This document shows, piece by piece, positions 1 through 13,240 of a stretch of DNA of 64,000 nt. Below the pieces are notes generated by a model. The model worked only from the letters and a program-made list of their open reading frames with translations, made no database searches and was not told the DNA's origin. Source of the stretch: Carcharhinus amblyrhynchos (Eukaryota); assembly GCA_965287045.1 (NCBI GenBank), contig OZ336872.1:41168001-41232000 (forward strand), given 5' to 3'. The first letter of the stretch is position 1, and each line of letters begins with the position of its first letter. A program made the position numbers and the translations under genes.

Positions 1-239
1 AGCAAAACAGAAAAAAAAACTGAACTGCTGCAGAAAAGAAAACCACACAGTAGCTGCGTTGTTGAATCTCCCCACAGAGTTGATAAGCTGTGAACCCCCT
101 GCACATCGACAGCAGCATCGTATACGGCAGAAAGCATCAGGAAGGTGACCATCAAATTCCCCAGCATAAATTGGAAGGATGTCCAAATTCAGGCCTTTTA
201 AAGAAAAGACAGATATATTTTTAGATTTATCTGAAATGG

Positions 240-3200
240 GATGGATAAACAAATCTTGAAAATCAAGATACTACTGAAAGTGAGAGATGCGCAAAGTAAA
301 CACTTTGGGCCTATCTGACAAGGATCAGAAGGATCCTGCCAAGCTGTGGAACATTCTGGAGGATCAGCTTGGTGTAAAGACTAAATTTTAAATGCATTAT
401 TTGGAGCTGATGGCTTACAGAAAACATCTCCAAGAAGCAATTGATCAATTCATCATCAGATACTTTAAGGGTAAGTGGTGTGATTTCTTGAAAGCCAAGC
501 TATCTGAATGAATCGTGGAGCAGGTTATAGCTTGAACACCAATTGAAGCTTTCCAAAAAGATCTTTTGCAGTGAAAGAAAGCTCATGATAGTGACATAAA
601 AGATGGCAAAACATTGTAGCTGGATAATAATATCTGGAAGCATTAGGTGCAACTGTCAGTATCAATGTGATGGCAAGGATGCAGAAAGCTTGCAAGTCAT
701 ATGGGAAATGCAGTTCGCTGCACCCACTGTGAAGCTGCCCTGCATTCCAAGATCTTTAAGTTAAGTGGCGTAAAAGGACATAGGGCTCATCTATTGCTGG
801 AAATTATATTCCAGAAGTAAGATGCAACCAAACAAAAAGTGCATACAGCCTGCTTGTCACAACAATGGAGAGATCCACTTAAGCCCTAGCACATACGCAA
901 GATTAGTGGCAAGTCGGAGCAGGGTGAAGAAGTAGATCAGAAATATCAACTGGAAAATGAACAGGCTTTTACACATTGATTTTGTTCACAAGTTGTGAAC
1001 GTTCATAAACAGTTGAAACCTTTGCTACTATCAACATCATATGCCCAATAGCATCAAACGGTTCATAAACAGAATTGACACAGGTGCAAATGCAAATATC
1101 TTACCAGTTGGAATCATGAAGAATATGTATATGGATCATTGGAACCTATGATTTACAAACTAATTGCATGCAATGAGTTACTCATTCACTGCATTGGTAC
1201 ACTAACACTGAAATGCAGCTATGGCAAGTCTGCATGGAAACCACTAGTATTCTATCCAGTGGACATGAGCGGACCAGCTGTAGCTAGGTTATCAACATGT
1301 TTAGAATTCAACATTATGACCATGCGTAAGATTGCCAAGTTACCAATCACAGCAGAAGACGCTGAGAAGAATCTCATTGAATCAATCCATGACCTACAGC
1401 AGATGTACCCAGACACATTCAATGCCATAGGGAACTTCAGAGGTGTGATTATGTTACACCTCAGAAGTGCAGTCCATAAGTCAACCCTTCTCGAAAGTAT
1501 AGTTTGCAGGTACAGAAAGAACTAAAGAGTGAACTGAATGACATGGCGCATTTGGCATTATATTTTGTGTGCACCAACACACCGACTGATGCAGTTACAG
1601 ATGTGTGCACTGAGAAAAGATGGCACAGTGTGGGCGTGACACAAAATGCCAAAATCTCTCTCCAAGAAGATGCCCACATAAGATTCTAGCATTGGAAGGA
1701 TTGAATTCCAAAGTCACAAGAGCAAAGTTTTTGATATGTCAGTTCATTTGGCAGAGTCATCTTAAGAAATCCTTAGTTCCAGGGCACCATTTCGAAAATA
1801 CTGCTTCCCAGAGATTACCTGTTAGTTGATCCATCAGTCAGGATCTGTTCCAGCAGCATATAGGCAGAATTACAGAAAACGTTATTCAATGGTATTATGT
1901 TGATGGGCAAAACCAAAGAAGAGTATGTTGGTAAGCCAGCTACAGCTGGTCTGCTCATGACCATTGGATAGAATACTTGTGGTTTCCATGCAGACTTGCC
2001 ATAGCTGCATTTCAGTGCTAATATACCAATGTGGTGAATGAGTATCTCATTGTATGCAATTAGTTTGTTAGTCATAGATTCCAGTGATCCAAAGTCTGCA
2101 CTCACTGGCAGCAGCTTGTCATGAAGGAGTTGTCTTCAGCAGCAAGAAATGCCAGGTGAATGTGGGTCAGAATGACTTTTTTTTAAATCTGTTCAAGCTC
2201 CAGGAATTGTCCTAAGCCAGGCATTTATGAAAATGTACAAAATGTACCTATTCCCCAGGTCAAAGAGGACTTCTTCACACCTATTACATCAATAAGGATT
2301 CTCCATATATATGACAGAAGGACCATCAACATATGTTCAAGTCACTTAAACTGGCATTGCCTGGTGCTACATGTTTTCTACAGTATTATGAGCCAAGCAA
2401 AAAGATTGTATTGGAGGCCATCACATCTCAAGAAGAGTTAGGAGTGTGAACAGTACAAGGTGGCAAAAGATTATCACAAGCATAATCCAATTATTTGAAA
2501 ATAGGAGTGTGAGATGCTCTGGTATTCGGTATTAAAATATTCCATATATACCTATTTGGTGAACGATTCAGTGTGGAAACAAAACCACAAACCATTAGAA
2601 AAGATTTGGGGCAAACCATTAACAATTGTACCACCCAAACTACAATGATCCCTGACTAAAAATACAGGACTATGATTTCAAAGTCCTGTACAAACTTGTT
2701 TAACATAATGGTTACTTAAGACACACTGAGCAGATTACCCAATTTGAAAAAAAACTGCAGACATCTCACTAAAACAGAAAATGTTGGATACGTTCATTAG
2801 ATCTGGCAACATCTGTGAAGAGAGAAACATAGTTAGCATTTTGAGTTCATTGACTCTTTTACAGAATAGTCTTACTGAGTGAATGATTTGCATAGTTAAG
2901 TCTTTAACGATGAAATGCAGGGGAACAAAACAAAATCTCTGTATTGCCATGTTACATTTAGACATCATCAGCAGAAATTGTGTTTGGAAAGTAAGCAGGG
3001 ACAATCTTTCCTAGTCATTACCTGTCCAATTTCTCAGAAGGACTGGAGAAACTTCTTGAGAAGCAAGGGAGAATGAAGACAGTGAATGACTGACTTGCAG
3101 TTGGAGAACTGCCTAGTCTGTATGTAGGACGAAAGGTTCAAGCCATACGTCCTACCCAGGAAACTTGGATATTGGCAGAAGTATCTAAAGCCCAGATCCA

Positions 3201-3300
3201 ATGAAGTCAAAACATTGGATGAAGTGACATTAATATGGAACAGAAGTCAGCTAAGAGAATTATAAAACTGGATGAAGCCTTGCAGTCCAACTATGTCTAA
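240..3300 (+). mobile_element. Degenerate Ty3/Gypsy LTR retrotransposon internal region (gag-pol remnants)
   Basis: Aspartic protease motif IDTGANANILP from 1074; RT-like 'PF.KYCF.RLP' and 'SQDLFQQ' at ~1785-1860; RNase H-like 'VFGIKIFHIYLFGERFSVET.HKPL' at ~2520-2600 and 'DTLSRLP' at ~2720-2740; many stops and frameshifts. Confidence 0.85.
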
Positions 3301-3319
3301 AACACTTCCAAAGATGGAC

Positions 3320-3497
3320 TCAGAGTGGAATTGTGTAGTGGAGGTGGATAAGTATTTTAAAGATCACGGAAGAGAGGGCTATCGGGAAATGGCACAAAAA
3401 AGGAGTTGGGCCTGTCACAGATCAGCCATGATTATATTGAATGGTGGGCCAGGCTTGAAGGGCCTAGTAGCATATTCTCATTTCTATTTCTTGTGTT
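3320..3497 (+). mobile_element. CR1 LINE 3' end fragment inserted in the Gypsy element
   Basis: CR1 3' UTR motif 'agatcagccatgat...attgaatggtgggccaggcttgaagggcc...ctatttcttgtgtt', shared with other CR1 ends in the window (27664 region, 35860). Confidence 0.8.
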
Positions 3498-4137
3498 TAC
3501 ACCTGCCCTGCCATTGTAACTTGTTTAGTTAATTTAGTTTATTTGCTTTCTTAATTAGAATAATTTCTATGAATGCTACAATTTGCTTAGTTTATTAAGT
3601 GTTAGTACAATGGATAACTAAACATTATGTTTCTTAACGACAAAGATATGTGTTTTAATTGTTTATTTTTATTTCAGTTTAAGTTTCAGTACGTTTTAAT
3701 TTGTAGATCTACCTGGAGTCCTTTTATCCTAAGTTGACTACACACTGCCCTTTAATACTAAGCACTAACCGACCATCAACTTGCTAGTTTCCTGTGAGTC
3801 ACAGGTTTTTTTTACTGCCAGCTCACTAGCTGAAATGATGTATTCCTCAGCTCCCGACCGTCTCTTGTAGATCTGCTCAGACTCCTAGGAAGACCACCGT
3901 GAAAACAATCAGTATCCTGACAATATACCTACAAATCAAGAACATTCATGTGAAAGGCCAAATCTCAGGAAGTTCATGCTATTGTGAGATCTGGGTAGAT
4001 TATTAAATCACCTTTACATTAGGGGGGTTCTATAATTAATTTCTATTCAAGAGTTTAACAGTTTAGTTTTTTTCGAACTGTCTTTATGTATTTTCACTCT
4101 TAATGTATTTGTAATGTTATCTTGGAAGAAAAATGGA

Positions 4138-4420
4138 TGTTGTAATATATATTAATTGTGTATATACTAATGAGTCTGTAGCCAGGATGTAAACTGTGTG
4201 ACTGGCAGACATTGTTTAGAAAGGTTTCAATTTAGGTTGCAGCATCCTTTGTGAAGGAATTGCAGTTATACTTCACTGTTAATAACAGTTGTTGAACCTT
4301 TATAGTTAATCAGTTTGCTGAATATCCCTGTACTGTATCTTTAAATAAACTGAACATACGTTTTGTTGCCAGTCCTTTGGTAAGTTTGTATTCAGCCCAC
4401 ATAGAAATTAATCAAGGACA
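4138..4420 (+). mobile_element. Probable 3' LTR of the Gypsy element
   Basis: Purine tract 'ggaagaaaaatgga' immediately before TGTTGT at 4138; internal AATAAA; plausible ...GGACA end at 4420. Confidence 0.55.
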
Positions 4421-6254
4421 ATAAATAATAAAAATGACTGATGGATGTTAGTAGTGAAATTGGTCGATGACAGCAGTGTAATGGACTCATAATGACTTAT
4501 CATTCCCAATCTTCTTTCCACTGAAGTCCGTAGAGCAATAGTTCAAACTCTTTGGTGACTTGCTTCCTAATCTCACTTGTCATTTTTACTCGGTTTGGAA
4601 TTAAAAATCGTAACAATATTTTCCAAGTCAGTGGTGGATAAAAATTGCCACACTGAAATATTGTTTCCTGATTTGCTTCAACCTTATTTTGCACAACTGG
4701 CTTTGACCAATCTCACTCTCTTTGTTTTGAGTTTTAGCAGTGTTACAATTGTTAAATATAGCCAATAATTTTTGACATTTGTTGGTCAGGCTTTTCACTT
4801 TACTGCACAGGCACAATTGCTGGATCCCTGCCTCAACTCTTCTAATGTGGCAGTCAGTGATCTCTTCCCTAAATCTGAAATACCTGTCACTGTCCTCTTG
4901 CAAAGAGATTGCTGCTGATACCATGACCAATTCGTTGCCTGTTGCTCCCAAATCTGGACGATATCAACCACATTTCCCAATCGCTGTACACAGGTGGATC
5001 AATTCTACAAATGTATGCAATCATTTGGAAGCACACACGCTATGGGTACACATATGACTAAATAATTATATCATGTTCATAAAATTATTTCTAGCTGGCG
5101 TCTTTTATGAATCAGGCAAATCCCACGTCTACACCACTTTTCCCAGGAGCTATCATGAGAGATTTATAAAGATAAAGCCTTGACAGTTGAAGGCATCCTG
5201 ACAAGATTCTTCTCACACAAATGGGGAGAGGACTGAGGAGGAACGGATATAAGAAACAGAGCAAAAGATGTTTTGTTTAAACTATCATTCTACCTGGAGC
5301 TATGAATCTAACACCATTGTCCACTGTTGTGCTTGAAACTAATTTACATTTACTTCCCTAATCCATCAGCATTGAACTTCAGATTGAATAAAAGGAAGAA
5401 AGTTGGTCTAAAGGAAGCCCACCAATGTAATTAATAGTATCCCAGGGTATTGCTCAGAAATAAAATATGCACATTCTTTTACATCTTTTGTAGTTTTTAT
5501 TTTCCATTTGATTGCCTTTTGTCCGATTATTTTTGCATCTTTATTTTGCTTGAGTTTTGTGCAAAAAAGCATTATTTTGAGCTAGATAATAAGATATTCC
5601 TTAGCAAATAATAATTCCGTAGTCTGTAGGAGTCATTGATTCCAAGTACAACAATCACCACAAAAATTAGAGTATTTAATGTAATGCACTAAAAACTTCA
5701 ATTTACCCTCCTTTTTTATTCTTTTAAATGTAGACGTCTGTTCTTTTACAGAAAGCAGACAAATATTAATGTCAGAATTTCTAAACCCTATTGTTAAAAC
5801 ATATTCAGGCTGCAGAATGTATTTTGTCAAAAACAATATCGCTTGGCTCTCCCAAAAATGGTGACTACATCACTTGCTGTTAGGAATTTACCATTTAATG
5901 CGCAACATCTCGATATATCATGGCATGATCTGAGGATTGTAACATGATCCCTTATTATGTGCATGCTATAATCTTGCATGTAATTCTCTTATCCTATAGG
6001 AAGCAACATGTACAAGATAAACACCCTAGACCGATATGATCATTTGTAAACTGGTAAATTCTACACACAAGACTGAAAAGATTAGTGTTTTCAGTGAAAT
6101 TTAGTCCATTTCATATTTCCCTTGCAACCTGGAAAAATAGCAGGTTATGCCATTTGGACTTAATTCAATTTCTATTCAGTTCTCTAGTCATCTCTACGTA
6201 TGACCAATTAAAACTTCAAACACTTCTTCTTTCTTTCTAACTTTTTCCCAATTT

Positions 6255-6370
6255 TCTTTCTTTCTTTCATGGAATGTGGGCATCACTGGCTAGGCCAGTA
6301 TTTGTCATCCATTTCCAATTGCCCTTCAAACCATTGCAGAGGATAGTTAAGAATCAGCCACATTGCTGTG
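6255..6370 (-). mobile_element. SINE/LINE 3' tail fragment
   Basis: 'ggaatgtgggcatcactggctaggccagtatttgtcatccatttccaattgcccttc' is the reverse complement of the LINE 3' end at ~13140-13240; the same motif occurs at 8030 and 23410. Confidence 0.65.
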
Positions 6371-6374
6371 CAGA

Positions 6375-8745
6375 AAGAACAATTTGGCCATGCAGCCAGA
6401 ATTGAAAGAGCTAGGTAAGAAATTATCAAGCGAGACTTAAACAGTAGTTATCTCCAAATTACTCTCAGTACAGTGCGCTGGTGAGTATAGAAATAGAAGG
6501 ATTAACAGGTGAATTTGTAGCTGGAAAGATGGTACAAGAGGGAGGACTTTAGATTCTTGGGACATGGGAGTGGCTCACAAGGTGATAAGACCTGTACGGG
6601 CTCGATTGGTTATACTTAAGTAGAGCTGGTACATTTTGCTTGTGCAATTAGGGAGGCTTTACGTTAACTTGGCAGGGATGCAGGAACCAAGAGCAAAGAT
6701 CAAAGAGGAATACCAATGTGAAAAAACTGGAAGAGATAGCTAGCACAAGAATAAGGAACAGTTAATTAATAGGTGGGGTAAAAGTAAGAAAGCAAATGTA
6801 AATCAGTGTTATTGTACATGTATTTAAATGCACAGAGTGTGGTAAACATTGGTGAGTTACAGGCACATGTGGAAATATAATGTTGTGGCTATAAGAGACA
6901 TAGCTGATGAGGGCAGAACTGGGTATTAAATATTCTTGGATGCAAGATGTTCAGGAAAGACAGGAAATGAGAAGTGGGATGGCTTGTGGTATTGATCAAG
7001 AAGAGCATTGCAGTGCAGAGGAGTTGAGGACAGAATCCATTTGGCTAGAGGTAAGGAATAAAAAAATGTAATTACATTACTTGGCATTGTCTCCAGGCCA
7101 TCAACTAGGGGGAAGGGTGTAGAATAACAAATTTGCTAGGAACTAGAGAAGTGCAAAAATTATAGGGTAGCTATAAACAGGGTTTCGAATTATACAAATA
7201 TATAATAGTATGTAGTGTGGAAAAGAGTGAGGGGCAAGAAGTTCCTAACGTGTTCAGGAAAATTTTCTACAACAGTATGTTTTCAGTCCAATGATAAAGG
7301 GGGCACTGTTAGCCCTTGTTCATGGGAATGAGGTGGGCCAAGTGGATCAAGTATCAATGGGAATACGTTCAAGGAACAGTGATCATTGCTTCATAAAGTT
7401 TAGGCTAACTTTGGAAAAGGACAAAGAGCAACCCAAAAAATAATTAACTGGGGGGAAGCTAACTTCAATGGGATAAAAATGACTCTGGGATGGATAAATT
7501 GGACCCAAAGGTCGATAGGAAAAATGGTTCCTAAACAATTTTCAAAGAAGTGTATTTCAAGATATATTTCCTCAAAGTAGAACGCTAGGATAAACAAAGC
7601 CAGAACACCCTGGATGCCAAAAGCAATAGAAATTGAGATAACTAAGGAAGTGCTTATGACATATGTCAGCCAGAAAATACAGTTGAAAATCAGGTACAAA
7701 AGTAAGCCCAGTAATCAGGGGCCAGTCAATTTAGATTAGGCGGTGGCAAAACTTCTGGAAACAATAATTCAGGACAAATGCAGGTTAACCAATGAAAGTT
7801 AACATGGATTTCCTAACTTGCTGGATTTCCTTAGAGGTAACAGGCTAGATGAGGGAAATGGGGTTGATGTGGTAAACGAAAGACATTTGATAAAGTGGCA
7901 TGCAACAGTTTTTGTGAGCCAAGGAATAAAAGGGACAGTGGCAAAATTGATACAAAATTGGCTGAGCGACATGGAGGATGGTTTGCAGTGGGGTTCCCAG
8001 GAATAGGACCCTTGTTTTTCCTGATTCCATTATTTCATGGGATATGGACCAGCATTTATTGCCCATCCCTAATTGCCCTTGAACTTAAGCTAGACCATTT
8101 CAGAGGGCTTTTCTTTTTTAAAAGAGTCAACTTCATTGGAGTCACACTTAGGCCAAACCATGTAAGAATGGCAGATTCCTTTTCCTAAAGGACATGGTTA
8201 TCATTAGACTTTTAATTCCAGATTTTTATTGAATTCAATTTCACCATACTCCATGGATCCCCAGAGTATGACCTGGGTTTCCGGAGTCCTGATCTATTGA
8301 CAATACCGCCATGCCACTGCCTTCCCAATGACCTTGACCTTGGTGAACAGGGCACAAATTCAAGATTTGCAGATTGTATGAAACTTGGAAGCATTGTGAA
8401 CTGTGAGGAAGATAATAAAACTTCAAAAGGATATTGACAGGTTGATGGAATTAGTGGACAGATGGTGAATAATGTACAGATTTGCAGTATTTGATAAAAG
8501 ATGTAAAAACAATTTGAGGAAAAGCTTTTTCATGCAGTGAGTGGTTAAGTTCTGGAATGCACTGCCTGAGAGTAGGGGGGCACAGGCTCAATTGAAGCAT
8601 CAAAGGGGAATTGGTCTGTTACCTGAAGAGGACAAATACAGGGTTATAGGGAAAAGGCAGGGGAATGGCATTAATTGAAATGCTCATTCTGAGAGACAGT
8701 GCAGACATGATGGGCTGAATGGCTTCTTTTTGTGCATAACAGGTC
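6375..8745 (+). mobile_element. Degenerate near-full-length CR1 LINE (ORF1 esterase, APE endonuclease, RT, 3' UTR) with internal deletions
   Basis: SGNH-esterase-like remnants (VVIS..., EYRNRRI, FRFLGH, DLY...L) at ~6440-6630; endonuclease start 'MYLNAQSVVN' at ~6818; RT remnants (HGF, QWGSQ/GP) at 7800-8020; 3' end 'FFMQ.VV..WNALP' and CR1 UTR at 8520-8745. Confidence 0.85.
8030..8326 (-). mobile_element. tRNA-derived SINE inserted in the CR1
   Basis: On the minus strand it starts with a tRNA-like head 'gggaaggcagtggcatggcggtattgtca' and ends in the LINE-derived tail 'aagggcaattagggatgggcaataaatgctgg'; it interrupts the CR1 RT. Confidence 0.7.
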
Positions 8746-10289
8746 TGTGCTGCTTTGAGGAAAGAATTGAAAGGGAGGATATGATTTGTTTCTTGTATTC
8801 ACATAATTTTAAAAATTGGCGGGGGGGGGTGGGGAGCAGGTGGGGAAAAGTCACTTGATGACTTTTCCTACCTCTGTAAACCATTACTTAAGAGAGGCAA
8901 TATGCCGCAAATAAAACATGTTATGGTGGAGTGTTGTTTCTGTTTGAGAGTTAGATATATTTGTGAGAAGCTGATGAATGGAACTCCACTTCTCGGACTG
9001 CATGTCAGTAGAAGTATGGAACAGTTACTGTTTTGTTCCAATTCCATTTGATCAGCATTCAGTGAAGCAACTGTTTAATTTACAGCTCTGATAAAGGGCC
9101 ACAGACCAAAAATATTAACCCTCCCTTCCTTTCTCAGCACACATTTTTGTTTGTATTACATGTTTACTTTGACACACAAATTTTAAAAGACTTAATAATT
9201 TTTGATAAAGATCAATAAAATGTATGTATGGTTTACACCATGTAGGGTAGAATTCTTAAAATGACAAAGTTAGTGATGACAGATCATGGAAATTCTTGTC
9301 ATTCACTCTCGGATTTGGGAATTCTTGATTGAATTTTCTTACTGGCCATAAAAGAGAAACAACTGATCACAATTGTTCTAGATGGCATGGTGTGTCTGCG
9401 ATTAGATTAGCAGATGGTTAGCAGCGTTATAAAAGAATCAAAATTAGATTAAGGTACTAGGCTGAGCTTTTAAACCCTAAAAGTGAAAACATTTATCTTG
9501 GGTGATTCTGTTTTTACTGTGATTGGTGCTTTAATTAGCTAAATGACCTCTAACCTCTCAGGAATAAGTACAGGATAATTTTAGGGATCAAGACAAAGCC
9601 TCCCAGAGATTTAGTGCACAACACACACTAATACATGAAGGAATGCTGATAATTAGCTTTGCTCCTTTCATTCTTTTGGCTTTTTTTTAAACTGGTTGCT
9701 TTGAAATAATACCTACAGGTTCATTATCCACAGGTTTAAAGCTGAAACGTGGCTGTTAAACAAAAGCATACTGTGTAATGAAAAGTAGTTTCCATGTACT
9801 GTACATAATGTGCAGACATGGACAAAAGTAGTTGTGCACTTCCTTTGTTTATTGAGGTACTGTATGATGTTTTTCACTATGAATCATTTGTAATTGATCA
9901 GTAATGCAAGACATTAATGTAAATTTGAAGACCATAGCTACTCTGTTAAATCTGAGCTCTACAAAGTAAAAGTAGCTACGTTTTGTTGAAGTGGGGTATA
10001 AAATCTTATAAAACAGGAACCAAATTGTTTTGTAATTTTTAATAAATGTGTTCTATTTATGGTGTGAGCATTTTATAGTAAGGCTTAAAAGGTTTCACAA
10101 CGAAGTTGCTTCTTAGTAGTTAATCTATGGGCATGTATATATTTAGTACAGTGCTAACTAAATTTTAAAAAGTTTGTTTCTTTAATCCCAGTGAAGGTAA
10201 AGGAAAACAAGTCTTTTCATTTTAATAATCTTAGTTGCTTTTAATGCATATAGTGTTTAAAATAAAAACCAAGTACAGGCTGTCTAGTA

Positions 10290-10670
10290 ACTCATAGTGC
10301 GAATTAGTATAATGCATATACTAGGGAAGATCTAGGTTTAGCCTGTGGGCTCGGTTAACTTAGTTGACCTCCGTCAAGGCAATAAAACAATGCTGTAATT
10401 GAACTTGAGTGTCTCTGGAGTAGATCAGAAAATTTGAGCAGAATTCCTTTTCCTGTTTGCTAATCACTAAGCCTTACTGGAAAATGTGCATGTGAGGGCT
10501 TCAGATGAGGATAATATCAAGTTCAGTTACAATACCCCTGCAGTCAAGTAGTCTGCTAATGCTCAAAGTTCAGGTTCATGCATGAAAACTGGAAGCTTGG
10601 ACAAGGTGCTGCACGACCGTTTGTACCAAAACATGAGTGACTGGTTTCAGAAGAGGATAAGGAAAAAGTT
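10290..10670 (+). mobile_element. Old, diverged SINE-like repeat
   Basis: Resembles (from recall) a common chondrichthyan SINE body: 'ctggaaaatgtgcatgtg...tgaggata...gtcaagtagtctgc...catgaaaactgg...cttggacaaggt'. Confidence 0.45.
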
Positions 10671-12699
10671 TTAAGTCTAGGTTAAATAGCAGTATATTGG
10701 CAGAGTGAGCAGAACCACACAATGTGTTGTCGCAATGAGAAAGATACATTTATGTGTGTTTAAATTGGTATATCTGGGTTTGGGAGGACCACGACAACAG
10801 GACAAAAAGAATTTGTAAATTTAAGTTGTTTCTGTAAGAAAGTGAAAATTTGTGGGGGGATTCATTGACAAGTTTCAGATGTTGCCTTTGTTTATGGGTC
10901 AACTTTCTTTCTAATTAAGTTCATTTGATCACATTTTTATGCTTTTACATTTTTTTTGTTGAGAGAGAATGTGTTTGTTGAAAAATGAAGTTGCAGTTAA
11001 TATCAATCAAGTCACTGTCGTCTGTTATTCCCCATGTTACACTGAATGCAATCTCACAGCTTATTTTGCCTGCTGACTATTATTTCCGAACTCCCCCTCA
11101 TATTTGGTGTGTTATTTATATGCAATCAGAACATTTACAGAACGGTGCAGTCCGCAACAACAATCCAGCTAAATCCAGGAGTTAGACTACTAGTGAAAAA
11201 TATTAAATCCTACATTTCAGTGAAATAAAGTGAAAGACAGATCAATTATCTCCATTGTCAATATTGGGTGAAATGTAAGGTACTCAAATATAATTATTAT
11301 AAGAAGTGATTGCAATTCAGTACGGTCCTTGACTTCTCCACTGCTGATGAAGATTGAAACCATTCTTCAGCACTGCAATCACACATTTTATGATGGTAAG
11401 AAAAATGTTTTGAAAATGGTATGAAGTACACAACCTATGTTTTACATCAATGAGGGAAATTTGGGTCAGTATTTGAAGACATCCACTACTGGTTAGATCT
11501 GCACCTGTAAACAGTTCATATATTCATCCCCATCAGGGAATTAACTAAAAGCTCTTAGGAATGTAATTAAGTATATAAGTCGACTTGGCATTTGCATTTC
11601 ACTACACTGGAGAAGGTTTGTGCTTGTTGATCATAACATACTGAAATAGTTTCTACTGCACAGCAGCACCCCCCAACTCCACCTCACCTCCCCCTCCCCC
11701 CTGGCCCTCCCCCAAATCCTTGGTCTCTCCTCCCTGGCTCACATTTCTCTCTGATTCAGTTTTGATGCACTGCTAGGAGAGCGCACTGAACAGCAGCTGG
11801 TCACTGCTGACTCAATGAGGATTGCAATGATAAAAGTGAAGTTGTTTATCAGGTTATCTCAGTTGTAAGCACTATTATTCCTTAAAATTCTGATCCAGTC
11901 CAGCATACCTGCAGTCCTTGAATTCATGAGTTTGCATTGATTCATTCCTTATGCTGAGAGGTAATGACATTATTCCGCAGTAAGTTCAAATTTTTGAAAT
12001 AAGATACAGTATAGCACCACGCAGCCTGAACTGCATTGACAATTGGTTTTATTTCACTGAACTTTGCCAGGGGGTAGCAGATCAGCAAAGTCAACTGAAT
12101 TCTGAAAACCTTTTTTTCAGAATTAAGACTAGTTCAGCATTTTCAAGATTTTTTGGGGTATGGAGCATAATTGTGATATCTTTGCAGAAATGATGATTTC
12201 AGCAGGCACTAATTTAATATTTTTCAAATCACCTATTTTTGAGAAAACATCACAGAATGTGGGCTGCATTATGCTAGCTAATTATTTTAGTGATCACATA
12301 GTTAAGTGTCTGGAGGATGATGGCTTTCTGTAAATAATTGAAATCAATTTACGCAAGCTGGGACTGCATGTTGAACACTGTCCAAAATTGAAAAGAAATT
12401 ATATGTTTTTATCCAGTTGAAATCTTGTTTGAGATTCTCACTTGATGTTAAGAAATTAGTGTTACAAGTTGGATCATGTTGAACCTGTAAATCTCAGGTT
12501 TCATTTACCATAACTGGGGCTTTGAAAATCGTGGCCAAAGAATAGGAGGTGCTAGGAATGGATTAATTGCATTTGTAAATTTGTAATTTGCATGATTTGC
12601 TAAAATTAAGCTTTTGGATGCTACTGACCAGAAACTTAACAGAATCAGCCATGTAAATGCTTTGGCTATAAAAGTAGGTCAGAAGATGGGGGTGAATAA

Positions 12700-13240
12700 C
12701 TCACCCTCTGAATTCCCAAAGCTTGCCCACCATTTGTAAGGCACAAGTCATCTGGCATACTCTCCACTTGCCTGGATGAGTGGAGGGCATCCAGGCAATA
12801 CTCAAGAACCTCAACAACATCAAGAAAAAAAGCAGCCTGCATGATTAATACCACATTCACTCCCTCTATCACTCACTGGTATAAAGCGGCAGCATTGTGT
12901 ACCATCTACAAGACAAACTGTAGCAACCCACTAAGGCTCCTTTGCTAGAACCTTCCAAAATTATGGCCGCTACCACCTTGAAGGACAAGAGCAGCAGATG
13001 AATAGGAGCACCATCACCTGCAAGTTCCCTTCCAAGTCACACACCATCTGACTTGGAAATATATTGCCATTTCTTCACTGTCACTAGGTTAAAATCCTGG
13101 AACTCCCTTTAGATGTACCTGCAGCACATGGGCAGCAATGGTTCAAGAAGGCAGCTGATCACCACCTTCTCCAGAGCAACTGGGGTTGGGCAACAAATGC
13201 TGCCTTAGCAAGGATGTTCATAGAACATGGGCAAATAAAA
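12700..13240 (+). mobile_element. CR1-superfamily (Zenon/Crack-like) LINE 3' part
   Basis: C-terminal ORF2 motifs 'KAQV....YSPLAW', 'IKKKAA', 'WNSL', 'FKKAA', then a 3' tail; the same family occurs at 30120-31400. Confidence 0.75.

Noticed and set aside
4500-5080. Overlapping ORFs that might be an ancient DNA-transposase remnant
   Set aside because: No diagnostic motif I could identify; it would need a profile search.
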